45,179 nt of DNA from Octopus bimaculoides (GCF_001194135.2 NC_068987.1:36651382-36696560); one strand, 5' to 3'; shown: positions 25,208 through 37,000, counted from the first letter of the stretch. Notes: a model not told the origin generated them from the letters alone. Translations and numbers: made by a program.

Positions 25208-26302
25208 AATATCTCTCCAAATGACTTTTAAATTCTAGAGTTGTCTATAAATTACACTTTATTCAGCACTTAATCATAATCTATCTTTAAATTCCACTCT
25301 ATTTAACAGTTGAATTTTAAAATTCAAAATCTATCTGATTTTTAATCTAAATTTACCAGATGAGTTTTTGAAACATGAGTGTATTAGGCCTTTACTAACC
25401 TAGAGTATTTAAAAAGTGAAAACTTTAAAGTGAAAACTATATCTAGTTTTAATAATCCGCTTCATTCAACATTGTCAGGGTTGAATGCCCATTATATTCA
25501 ACTGTTGAATTGAAAGACTAGAGGGTTGTTGGACATTAAAGAACACTATATTCTCCATTTGACTTTAAAAACAGTGTGGATCTGGTTTATAAATCCAATA
25601 AATTTGCCTATTGGTTTTCAAAACTTCAGCATGGACCAAATCTTTCAATTTCATTATATTCACTAAAGGAATTTAAGGAACACAATTCTAATCTTAAGTT
25701 CATTTATACAAGATATAGCTTCAATAACCAAGGTCTTCATGATTTTTAATGTCTACAATTTCTTCAATTAGACAGACCAGAATAGATCTCATGCTTAAAA
25801 TTCAATGTATTTAATGGTTGGCTTTACTAATAAGAGGAGATTTTTATCTTTGAAATAAACCATGTTCAGCAGTTGGCTTTACAAACCAAAGGAGATCTGT
25901 TCTTTCATGTCTATGACATTCACTAATTGAATTCAAATACAAGAATCCATGGGTTTTTAATGTCGACTATACCCTCTAATTGCATTTATAAAGAAGAGTG
26001 GATTTAGTCATTAAATCCACACTATTCACTACTTCTCTTTAAGGACCAGAGTGCATCTGGTCTTTAAAGTCCAACATATTCCCTAGTTGACATTTAAAAT
26101 CAGTGTGGATCTCTTTTTTAAAATGCACTATATACACCAGTTGAATTTAGAAACCAAAGTGATTCTCAATATTCACTAGATTACAGAAAGTGCAAGAGTG
26201 GATCAGGTTTTAAAATCTACTATACTCACAATTTGAATTTAGTTCCCAGATTAGATCTGGTCACTAATGTCTACTATATTTTCAACGACACCATTGATAA
26301 GA

Positions 26303-26725
26303 TCAGCTGCGGCTGTATGGTAAGAAATCTGCTTCCCAACTACATAATTCCAGGTTCAGTCCCATTGTGTAGCACCTTGCCTTCTTCTGTGGCCTTGGGC
26401 TAACTAGACCTTTGTGAGTGTATTTGTTAGACGAAAACTGTAAGAAGCAAATCGTGTGTGTGTTGGGGATGTGTGCATGTGTGTGTGTGTGAGCATGTGT
26501 GTCTTTGAGCATGTGTTTGTGCCTATGTTTGTCTCTCACCAACTCTTGACAACTGGTGTTGGTGTGTTTACATCCCTGTAACTTAGAGGCTTGTCAAATG
26601 TAATCAATAGGATAAGTACCAGGTTTAAAAATAAGTCCTGAGTTTGATTTATTTAACTAAAATTCTTCAAGGTGGTGTCCCAGCAAGGCTGCACTCTAAT
26701 GAGTGAAACAAGTAAATGAGAGAAA
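26303..26725 (+). mobile_element. CORE-type tRNA SINE, inserted in the array
   Basis: Same head, CORE, GT tract and tail organisation as 24705-25207. Confidence 0.85.
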
Positions 26726-27288
26726 AAATGAGAGATAACAGATGGATGAAGTTTAAAAAAGGGGAAACCGACATTGAAGACAAACAAGAACGCATCTGGT
26801 CCTCAAAGTTCACTTTCTTTTAACTCTAAATTTTAAAACAGACTTTATATCATGTTTAAAGTTTATTTTATGCTCAAGTTGACTTCAGTAATAATCTGCA
26901 TCATTTGATCTTAATAACCAGAGGAGATTTCATCTTTAAAGTCTACTACTTTCATCATTTGCTTTTAAAAATCAAGGTGGTTTTACTCTTTTAAGTTGCT
27001 TTTAAAAACCAGTGTGTTTCCGGTCTTTAAATAAGTCTATATTAAGCACTTGACTTTAAAGTCACTGTAGATATATACACCGATCATCATTAAATACCCA
27101 CGTGGATTTGGTCCTAAAATCCTCTATATTCACCCTTTGACATTGAAACCAGAGTGTATATGTTATTCAAAGTCCAATACATTCATCAGTTGCCTTCAAA
27201 AGTTATACAGATCTTGTCTTTGAAGTTCACTATATTAACCAGTTGACTCTAGTTAGCTTTAAAGGCCAGAGTGCTCTGTTCTATGACA

Positions 27289-28257
27289 TCTATACTATAT
27301 ATAAAACAGAGATGTGTGTGTAATCGCTTTTCACGTGAAATCGACTTCACCAAATGCTTCCATACTTGTGATGCATGATACTTGTGATGCATGAACAATT
27401 TGACCTCAGATAAATGTTAGGCTCTTCATTTGATTTTTTTAATTAAAAATAAATAATATTGCTTTATATTTAAGATTCACTTCTTTAAAAAGGTTCCTCA
27501 ATGTCAACTTCCAGTATTGACGTAACAACGGCAAAAAGCTTCACTCTCTATTTTGTGTGTGAGTGTGTATGAGAGAGAGAGAGAGAGAGAGTAAATACTA
27601 CATACACACCGCTCTCTCACTCTGTCTCACACACATACACACGCACACACACACCCCTTCACTCACTCACACTCTGTCTCTTACAAACACATACATACAT
27701 AAATGTATACAAACATATTTACCAAGACACACATATGTATGCGCGTGTGTGCGTGTTTGTAAGAGACAGAGTGTGAGTGAGTCAAGGGCTGTGTTGTCAT
27801 ATGCATACATCCAAAGATGTATGTATATTTATGCATGTACGTATACATGACAACAAACCTCTCTCTCTCACTCACACTGTCTCTTACAAACACACACATA
27901 CATAAATGTATACAAACATATTTACAAAGACACACGTGTGTATGCGCGCACACGTGCGTACATGCGTGGGGGGTTCCACAATCGCCATTTATTTCAATTA
28001 CTCTTGTGAGGATATTCACGTAAATCATTTTTTTCATTTAATCCCCATTTTAATTTTTGTAAAAGTTTCCAAGTACCAATGAGGCTTTTTGGCACATCTT
28101 CAATTTTTCCCATTCATGAGAGGCGCCCAGCCATCATTCATCTGAGAGTCCATCTACAGAATGTCCTCAAATTTCTATACAGCATATTTTGCCTTTTTTT
28201 TCTTCAAGTATATAAGCAATAATTTCATTCCCGAGCAATGCCGGGTACCTCTGCTAG
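27289..28257 (+). mobile_element. Non-autonomous Helitron
   Basis: 5' TCTATACTATATATAAAA, 3' hairpin cccgagcaatgccggg followed by CTAG (28254-28257). Inserted between A27288 and T28258 with no TSD. Joining the flanks restores a 54-bp array unit. Confidence 0.9.
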
Positions 28258-28362
28258 TACATTATATTCTCCAACTGACTTGGCAGAACAAGTGGATCTG
28301 TTGTAAAATGTTCACAGTTGACATTAGAAAACTTTAAGAGCCAGAATGCATCAGGTCTTTAA

Positions 28363-28581
28363 CACTTTAGCATTTAACGCAGCCATATTTAACCCAAATA
28401 TTCTACCCATTTTATGTTAAAAGTGGTCAGATCTAGCCTCTCACATGTACCCTACAATGTCATCTAAAAATAAGCAATCACATCATCAAAATCGTGAAGC
28501 TATGAGATAATGCATGATTAATTCAAAATAATGTGACTAAATAAGCATTACATTTGATAGAGTAATTTCAATGCTAAACAA
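28363..28581. mobile_element. piggyBac-type MITE
   Basis: ttaa|cactttagcatt ... aatgctaaacaa|ttag: decayed CCCTTTAGCATT-type TIRs and a TTAA-type target site. Confidence 0.75.
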
Positions 28582-29640
28582 TTAGTGTTCATAATATTTC
28601 CCAAGAGATATTATAAAAAACAGTATGGTCTAGATTTTTAAAATCGTTATGTTCATCAATTGCCTTTAAAAAATTAGAGCAGATCTATTCTTTAATCTAC
28701 TATTTAATTGCATTCACCTGATAACTTCAAACCCTCAAAAGATCTGGTGTTAAAAATTCCTCTTCTATTCACCAGATGTCTTTAATATTCACTATATTCG
28801 GCATTGATTTTTATAACCAGAGTTGATCTAGTGTGTAAAGTTTAGTATATTCAACAGTTGATTTCAGAGAACATGGAGCACGTGGATTTAAATTAGCTAT
28901 ATATAATATAACATTTGTTATTATCAACCACAGTTTCTCTGATCTTTGAATCCATGATATTTAACAATTCACTTTGAAAACAAGAGTCTGCCTGCTCTTT
29001 AATGTCCACTATATTTCCCTGATGACTTGGAATGCAAGAGTAGTTGTGACATTTAGAGTCTGCTGAATATTTTTGTTGGCTTTAATTCTTTTCATAGCAA
29101 CCCACTTAAAAGAGACATGACTCTTATCATACAAGCTATCTGGTTAAACTGATCTAAATTAAAATTTCCCCTTGATATATGAAGCATCAACTGAATGACA
29201 AATTCAAAATTCTTTAAAAATTAATTGAAATAAGGAAAGTGTATCAAAAATATCTGTCTTCACAAATAGACTTTATTGTATGGTACTGTTACTACACATT
29301 TCTCACTCAGAGATTTAAAACTAGTTGTTTTTCTCTTTACGAGATCAGCAACTGTATGTGACTTTAAAACTATATATTGTGAGCAAGGTTGAGTGGTGGT
29401 TGTTCTCAAGGAAGAGAAATAACCAAGGAGCCAGTATTCTACAGGTATTGCTAAGGCTAGAAAAGGGGCAGTAGACTCCCTTGCTCACAGTTTATGGACA
29501 CAGACCATGTGTCAGTAGCCAGCTGGAAATGATGTTTTCCTGGTAAACTAAACTAAAGGCTTAAAAAACAAACTGTATCTGTTCTTTAAAAACCATTCAA
29601 TACATTTGATAACAGCACAGCATTCAACAGTTGAATTTAG

Positions 29641-29790
29641 CCCTTTAGTATTTAAACCAACTATATCTGGACCAAATATTCTACCTGTTTTATGTTCAAA
29701 CTCGGCAGATCTGTCCTCTCACTGTACAGTGTGATACCTAAGCTAAAAAATCACATCATTACCAAATTTAAAGCCTGAATGAGACAGGTT
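29641..29790. mobile_element. Partial second copy of the piggyBac-type MITE
   Basis: ccctttagtatttaaacc...ccaaatattctacctgttttatgttcaaa...tctcac is colinear with 28363 onward. Confidence 0.7.
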
Positions 29791-29869
29791 TCTGTTAGAG
29801 GCCCATGAAACTTTAAGTCACATGGAGCCAAATCAAACTGTTTTCAATAATATATACATATATATATAT

Positions 29870-31727
29870 ATATTTGTTTTGCAAGATTTTTGATGTGAAA
29901 TCGTGTGTTGAAACAGATGTTGTTTTATTTGGGGATGGTCATATTGCCAGTTTAGCCAATAAAAAATACACGCACTGTATATTTGGTGTTAATTTGCTTA
30001 ATTAAATGAACATTGGAGGGAACTTAAGGAAGAGAAGAGCTCATCAGTTCTGTACCAGCATGCTGAACAGGATCACAGAGGCTCACTCAACAACACAGAA
30101 ATTAAAATCTTGTCCACACATAGAACAGATGCAGCACTTAGACAAATTACACTAGCTACACACATAATAGAAGATAAACCTAGCCTGAATAGGAAACTGG
30201 AATGGAACACTAACACACACCCCTAACAAACCACAACATATGACAATAAATTTCCCATAAACCGATAACAATATGAACAAAATATAATACAATACATAGA
30301 TAAACAAATAGAATTAAATACAACATACGTTAACAAAATTAAATTAAATACAAAACAAAACAAAAAAGAAATAGGTATAAACACATGAACAAATAAATAA
30401 ATAAAAACAAAAATAAACGAACATGTATTAACATTGAATATAGATAATACAGGCACTCCCCATACACACACATGNNNNNNNNNNNNNNNNNNNNNNNNNN
30501 NNNNNNNNNNNNNNNNNNNNNNNNNNNNNNNNNNNNNNNNNNNNNNNNNNNNNNNNNNNNNNNNNNNNNNNNNNNNNNNNNNNNNNNNNNNNNNNNNNNN
30601 NNNNNNNNNNNNNNNNNNNNNNNNNNNNNNNNNNNNNNNNNNNNNNNNNNNNNNNNNNNNNNNNNNNNNNNNNNNNNNNNNNNNNNNNNNNNNNNNNNNN
30701 NNNNNNNNNNNNNNNNNNNNNNNNNNNNNNNNNNNNNNNNNNNNNNNNNNNNNNNNNNNNNNNNNNNNNNNNNNNNNNNNNNNNNNNNNNNNNNNNNNNN
30801 NNNNNNNNNNNNNNNNNNNNNNNNNNNNNNNNNNNNNNNNNNNNNNNNNNNNNNNNNNNNNNNNNNNNNNTATATATATACATATATATACCTTATGTCA
30901 TAAGAATTTAGAAGGTTTTGGAATATGTAATAATCCTTTATAGAAATTGTAAATTTCAGAGCAAATATATATCATAGAGGGGGAGAGACAAGCAAGTGCA
31001 GGTATGGTTGTTTACTTAAGGATTTTGCTTCCTAACACTATTTTTTTGAGTTTAGTTCAATGTGTACTGCTACATGATGTAAGTCTCTTTTTTATAGCTG
31101 TGGGCCAAATGAAAGCTTTGTGCATAGGTTTGTTAGATGAAACTTCACAATGACCAATAGTCGTAGATAAGCAAAGTCATAGTTTTCCAGTATTCCTTAG
31201 AAACATCATCTTGCCATTATCTGGCTTGCTGAAAATAAGAGCAGCCAAGGTAAGAGCAACTGACCATAGAAGACCTACCACAACAAATTCCAGCTGACCC
31301 ATGCAAGGAAAATAAAGGTGATGTATATAAATACACACACACAAACATACATATNNNNNNNNNNCATGAACAAATAAATAAATAAAAACAAAAATAAACG
31401 AACATGTATTAACATTGAATATAGATAATACAGGCACTCCCCATACACACACATGGACTTACAAAACATAGACACACATAGAGGGATACAAAATACAAAA
31501 TACAAAATGGCTGATCGTTAGCAAGGAGGGACACACATAAGAAAGAAAAAGCAAAGAACCACTGATGAGGTCACAGAAGTGTGACGAAAGAACTCTAGCC
31601 GAAATAGGATTAATGTAATGTAATGTAATATAAAGCTGAAGCAAATTAACACCAAATATACAGAGCGTGTGTTTTTTATTGGCTAAACTGGCAATATGAC
31701 CATCCCCAAATACAACAACATAATATA
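29870..31727 (+). mobile_element. 5'-truncated Penelope-like element with an inverted terminal-repeat segment (gapped)
   Basis: 30002-30226 is open: LNEHWRELKEEKSSSVLYQHAEQDHRGSLNNTEIKILSTHRTDAALRQITLATHIIEDKPSLNRKLEWNTNTHP*, resembling a GIY-YIG C-terminus. 29917-29999 is a near-exact inverted copy of 31639-31721. A hammerhead-like core lies at 31562-31595. Confidence 0.7.
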
Positions 31728-32267
31728 NNNNNNNNNNNNNNNNNNNNNNNNNNNNNNNNNNNNNNNNNNNNNNNNNNNNNNNNNNNNNNNNNNNNNNNNN
31801 NNNNNNNNNNNNNNNNNNNNNNNNNNNNNNNNNNNNNNNNNNNNNNNNNNNNNNNNNNNNNNNNNNNNNNNNNNNNNNNNNNNNNNNNNNNNNNNNNNNN
31901 NNNNNNNNNNNNNNNNNNNNNNNNNNNNNNNNNNNNNNNNNNNNNNNNNNNNNNNNNNNNNNNNNNNNNNNNNNNNNNNNNNNNNNNNNNNNNNNNNNNN
32001 NNNNNNNNNNNNNNNNNNNNNNNNNNNNNNNNNNNNNNNNNNNNNNNNNNNNNNNNNNNNNNNNNNNNNNNNNNNNNNNNNNNNNNNNNNNNNNNNNNNN
32101 NNNNNNNNNNNNNNNNNNNNNNNNNNNNNNNNNNNNNNNNNNNNNNNNNNNNNNNNNNNNNNNNNNNNNNNNNNNNNNNNNNNNNNNNNNNNNNNNNNNN
32201 NNNNNNNNNNNNNNNNNNNNNNNNNNNNNNNNNNNNNNNNNNNNNNNNNNNNNNNNNNNNNNNNNNN

Positions 32268-32306
<39 letters not shown>

Positions 32307-32857
32307 GTATATATACGTAAATGTCAAATGACGAAAAGGAGCACGCTCAATACCACACTGATGGATATAATTTCTTTATTTGTGAATTAAGGCTACTAAT
32401 GGTTAAATGTAATGAAAAGTAGGAAAATATCTTAGTGTCTTGACAATTTTCCAAGCCAATCACATGGAGAAAGGTGTTCGCCTCCATTTTCAAAAACAGG
32501 CTCGTTTCACGTGAATAAGACAATGACTCAATGAATCAAGGAAAGTTACTCTTGGCTGGCATCTTTTAGATGTTTGTCTCCCTTAGATTTGTCTTTTGGG
32601 TAAATTTTTGTGTGGTCAATTTGTTTCCATTATTTTGTTTTTATTCTGGGCATGGTAATCTTATACTTATATATTGAGGTAATTCGTCATAGGGAGAATA
32701 TTTCTTCGTTGTGTGGAGTTTGTTTGTTATTTGTGTTCATGTTTAGAAAAGGAGTTATCCTGGTGGGGTTAATATCGCAGATAGGGGTCTTTGAAATATT
32801 TGAGAGTAAAATATTGCTTGTGCATGCAGAGCGAGGTTTTGATCCCTATATATATAC

Positions 32858-33009
32858 AGGAACAACGTGGCTATGTGGTAAGAGCTTGGTTCCCAGTTCA
32901 TTCCCACTGTGTGGCACCTTAGGCAAGTACCTTTTACTATAGCTTCAGGCCGACCAAAGCGTTGTGAGTGGATTTGGTTTGGTTGGCGACAACTGAAAGA
33001 TACCAGTCG

Positions 33010-33075
<66 letters not shown>

Positions 33076-33378
33076 TGTGCGTGTGTGTGTATGTATGTAT
33101 GTATGTATGTATGTAGGCATGTGTGTATGTGCGTGTTGTGTAAGTGTGTGTGTAAGTGTGCGTGTCTTTGTGCCTAAGTCTGTCCCCAACACCGCTCAAC
33201 AACCACTGCTGGTGTGTTTATATTCTTGTAACTTGGCGGTTCGGAAACAACGAATGATATAATAAGTAGAAGGCTTAAAAAATAAGCCGCGTGGTCGATT
33301 TGTTCGACTAAAACTATTTAAGGTGGTGCTCCAGCATGGACGCACACAAATGGCTGAAACAAGTAAAAGATAAAAGAT
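32858..33378 (+). mobile_element. CORE-type tRNA SINE with expanded GT/GA/GTAT middle
   Basis: Same family structure as 24705-25207. Confidence 0.85.
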
Positions 33379-33764
33379 ATATATATACATATANNNNNNN
33401 NNNNNNNNNNNNNNNNNNNNNNNNNNNNNNNNNNNNNNNNNNNNNNNNNNNNNNNNNNNNNNNNNNNNNNNNNNNNNNNNNNNNNNNNNNNNNNNNNNNN
33501 NNNNNNNNNNNNNNNNNNNNNNNNNNNNNNNNNNNNNNNNNNNNNNNNNNNNNNNNNNNNNNNNNNNNNNNNNNNNNNNNNNNNNNNNNNNNNNNNNNNN
33601 NNNNNNNNNNNNNNNNNNNNNNNNNNNNNNNNNNNNNNNNNNNNNNNNNNNNNNNNNNNNNNNNNNNNNNNNNNNNNNNNNNNNNNNNNNNNNNNNNNNN
33701 NNNNNNNNNNNNNNNNNNNNNNNNNNNNNNNNNNNNNNNNNNNNNNNNNNNNNNNNNNNNNNNN

Positions 33765-34738
33765 TGATTTTGTCGACTACACAGTATGATAGGGATAGTT
33801 GCCCACCGTCTAAGAGAAAGACAGCACCATAACGCAATTCAATCTGACAGAAATTTGGAAAAAACACGCTGAACTGCTTGACATTCGTGCCGAAGCTCCA
33901 ATGCAAATATTTCCGAGTGTTTGGGTGTCAATCAGAGGACAGTACAAAGGATTTAGAAAGAGTTGGATGAGAGTCTAATGGTGATTAAGAAGATACGGCA
34001 GCTTGGAAAACTCACTCTGATTGTTCTGATAAGAAAAGAATTCCTGAATTTGTTGGTGAGATCCAGGCCATGATTGACTACGATCCAAGTCAATCAGGTC
34101 TATCGCCAGAGTTATCGGAGTGTCTAAGTTTCTTATCAGGCATGTAATACATGAAGGCATTCGGTATTCCTCATGCAAGATGAGAAAGGGCCAATTCTTA
34201 TCCAAAGCCACCAAGAATACAAGGAACGCTACAAAGTTTTTGAACAAACTCAAGAATCCTCTCCAACCGAACATGCTTTTGTTTTCCTGAGACGATAAAG
34301 ATTTCTGCCAGGATCAGATGTTAAATACACAGCACAACCATTTGCTTGCCGTGTCTCCAAAACGTGTACCGAGAGTGATAAAAATCAAACATCCCGTCAA
34401 CATCATGGTGTTTGGAATGATGACTAGTGATGGCAACGTTATGTCTCCATTCATCTTCCCACATGACCTCAGATTCAGCACATGGGCCTACATTAAGTGC
34501 CTGGAGGAGGTAGTGTTGCTGGAAGACCCGATGGCTGGCAACAGAACTTTGCACCATGTTACACAAGCAGGAAAACCTAGTCATGGCTGTCAGACAATTT
34601 CTGCGACCACATCACTCCTAACATCTGGCCACCTAACTACCCAGACTGCAACACCCTTGATTATATCTGTTATAATGAGTTATCAGTGCTATTTTCATTT
34701 TTGCGTAATTTAGACGACAATTTATTCACCGCACCCTG
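33765..34738 (+). pseudogene. Tc1/mariner (maT/DD37D-like) transposase pseudogene with right TIR
   Basis: KHPVNIMVFGMMTSDG..PFIFPH..YIKCLEEVV and WPPNYPDCNTLDY (~34626-34664). Right end ...caatttattcaccgcaccctg|TA. The left end is lost in the gap. Confidence 0.85.
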
Positions 34739-34749
34739 TATATGCATAT

Positions 34750-34985
34750 ATATTTATGTCTATGTATCTTTGTGTCTGTGTTTGTCCCTCTATCATTGCT
34801 TGACAACCGATGGTGATGTGTTCATGTCCCCGTAATTTAGCAGTTCGGTTGAAGAGACCGATAGGATACCTACTAGGCTTACAAAGAATAAGTCCTGGGG
34901 TCGATTTCTTCGACTAAAATCCTTTGGGGCGGTGCCCCAGCATGACCGCAGTCAAATGTCTGAAAGGTGTAAAAGAATAGAATAT
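34750..34985 (+). mobile_element. 3' half of a CORE-type SINE
   Basis: tttgtgtctgtgtttgtccc...cttgacaaccg...ggggtcgattt...ccccagcatgaccgcagtc matches the 3' half of the SINEs above. Confidence 0.8.
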
Positions 34986-34990
34986 ATATA

Positions 34991-35130
34991 CGAGGGGAAG
35001 TAAAAAATTACCCGCACTTTCGTCATAACATATCTTTATTATTGTCACACTACCTTCTGCGCATGCGTGTTTATAGTTGGTACTAATGTGGTCATGTATT
35101 CAAATTTTGAGCCTGATCGCGCTATTTTTG
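34991..35130 (+). mobile_element. Probable left end of a mariner-type non-autonomous element
   Basis: TA|CGAGGGGAAGTAAAAAATTACCCGCAC resembles mariner-type TIR starts. No partner TIR was found. Confidence 0.45.
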
Positions 35131-35523
35131 TTTCTGGCTTTACAGTGTGACAGTGTATGCACACGCGCATGTGTGCTCGTGTGCGTGTGTGTGTGTGCGC
35201 GCGCGCGCGCGTGAACGGTGCCTTTTAAAATCAGCAAATAGTGTATGTATTATAAGTATATACTTCAGACTAGAGATTTCCATTGTATTTCAGAAGTGAC
35301 ACGAGTTTGCCACATTAATAAACTGCACCTATAGCGAAATGTGGCATCTGTCGCTTCCATGATTATCTCTAGTGTGATTTCATTTGGCCTAGTTCTGAAG
35401 AATATTTATTTTATTAACTTAATATTATACATAAAGGGATTTTTTCCGAAAGGTAAAGTTGCAACTTCTAGCATTTAAACAACACACATAAGTTAAGTAT
35501 ATATTATTGACTATATATATTCA

Positions 35524-36778
35524 TTAGGTTGTCCCAGAAGTAATGGCCGATTTCAGAAACATAAATTAATAATAGAAATGTTTTGATTAGTCAAAGTATG
35601 AGCCGTGTACATCTATGCATCTCTGCCATTGATCAACAAGATTATTTATGCCTCGTTGATAAAAACTTACTGGCTTTGATGCTAAGAAATCTTTGAAAGT
35701 TGATTCAACCGCTGGTTTAGACCTGAAAGTTTTATTACTTAAAACGTGCTTAAAGGCTTAAAAAACGGTTTTCAGTCAGTGAAAGATCAGGAGAATATGG
35801 AGGATGTGGTAAAGACTTGTATCCCACGTCTGTGAGTTTCTGCAGCGTCATTCTTGCAACATGTGACTTTGCATTATCGTGGAGCAGAATTGGGCCACGC
35901 CTATCTACCAATGCAGGCCTCATTTTTTGCAAATGAGCATGCATTTCATCGAGTTGATTGCAGTAAACCTCTGCTGTAATGCTCTGACTGGATTCTAGAA
36001 AGCTGTAATGGAGAACACCAACTGCAGACCACCAGACAGTCACCATAATCTTCTGGTGATGCAACTTTGACTTTGGGAAATGCTTGGGGGACTCATCACG
36101 GCCAAGCCATTGACCTGGTCGTTTACGGTTATCATAAAAGATCTACTTTTCGTCACAAGTGACTATTCGGTCAAGAAAAGGATCGTTGGTGTTTCGTAAA
36201 AAGAGCTTCGAGCACACTTCAAAACACCGAACTTTTTGATTTTCATTGAGCTCGTGCAGTACCCATTTATCGAACTTTTTCACCTTACCAATCTTCTGCA
36301 GGTTGCGTGAAACCTTTGAAATACCGATACCAAGTGCCTGAGACATTTGTCTGACACTCTGACGTGGGTTTTGTTCAACAATTGCTTTCAGTTGTTCATT
36401 GCCAACACTGTATGACCGTCCTCTACCTTCCTCATCTTCAAGGCTCTCATCACCACTACAGAATTTCTGAAACCACCTTCGTACTGTGCGATCACTTGTG
36501 GACCCCTCTCCTCACGCCCTGTTGACATTGGCAGCAGTTTGGGGGGTGTTGTGCCCAAGCTTGAACTCATGCAAGAAAAGAAGCGAAAGTCCTTTTTTCG
36601 TCATGTTCATAATTAAGCTTCAAGAATGTTTTCTGTCGGAAATAAGTAGAAAATTATCAAAGAGCATATATCAATTATCAAGTATGTCGAAATTCACCTA
36701 CAATATAATTAAAATACTATGATTAAAATTGCGTTTCAAAACACAACACTTAGAGCGGCCACTATTTTCGGAACCTAA
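35524..36778 (-). pseudogene. Mariner (DD34D-type) element with transposase pseudogene (~36604 to 35587)
   Basis: TIRs ttaggttgtcccagaagtaatggccg / cggccactattttcggaacctaa|TA. Minus-strand motifs LHEFKLGH, RIVTCDEK, KIMVTVWWS, LLHDNAKSH and HPPYSPDLS, with frameshifts. Confidence 0.9.
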
Positions 36779-36784
36779 TATAAA

Positions 36785-37000
36785 CTGGCAAGCTTGCAGA
36801 ATTATTAGCACTCCGGACAAAATGGTTAGTGGTATTTCATCCGTCTGTACATTCTGAGTTCAATTTCTGCTGAGGTTGACATTCCCTTTCAGCCTTTTGG
36901 GGTCGATAAAATAAGTACCAACTGTGCACTGGGATTGATGTAATCAACTTATTCACACCATTGAAATTGCTGGCTTTGTGCCAAAATTTGAAACCAATAC
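36785..37000 (+). mobile_element. tRNA-derived SINE (same family as the 11104-12145 stack)
   Basis: gcagaattattagcac...ctgagttcaa...cctttcagccttttggggtcgataaaataagtacc...gtgccaaaatttgaaacc. Confidence 0.85.

Larger units (their letters stand above)
20530..29640. repeat. Diverged 54-bp tandem array (satellite) with a palindromic unit, interrupted by TEs
   Basis: Consensus by eye: ccactatattcaccagttgactttaaaaaccagagtggatctggtctttaaagt (54 bp). 54-bp periodicity checked at 20598/20652 and 21541/21595/21649/21703. Roughly 110-120 units estimated from the non-TE length. Confidence 0.9.

Noticed and set aside
20530-29640. CRISPR-like reading of the palindromic array
   Set aside because: The linkers are copies of one consensus rather than unique spacers, the repeats are heavily diverged, there are no cas genes, and the context is eukaryotic.
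20530-29640. C2H2 zinc-finger exon array
   Set aside because: The period is 54 bp rather than 84 bp, and there is no CxxC...HxxxH/TGEKP pattern.
30428-33906. Long ORFs in the track
   Set aside because: They consist mainly of X from assembly gaps plus microsatellite translations. The same applies to 37465-37762 and 42870-43452.
34318-36346. Active transposase genes
   Set aside because: Both are fragmented by stops and frameshifts, so they are listed as pseudogenes.
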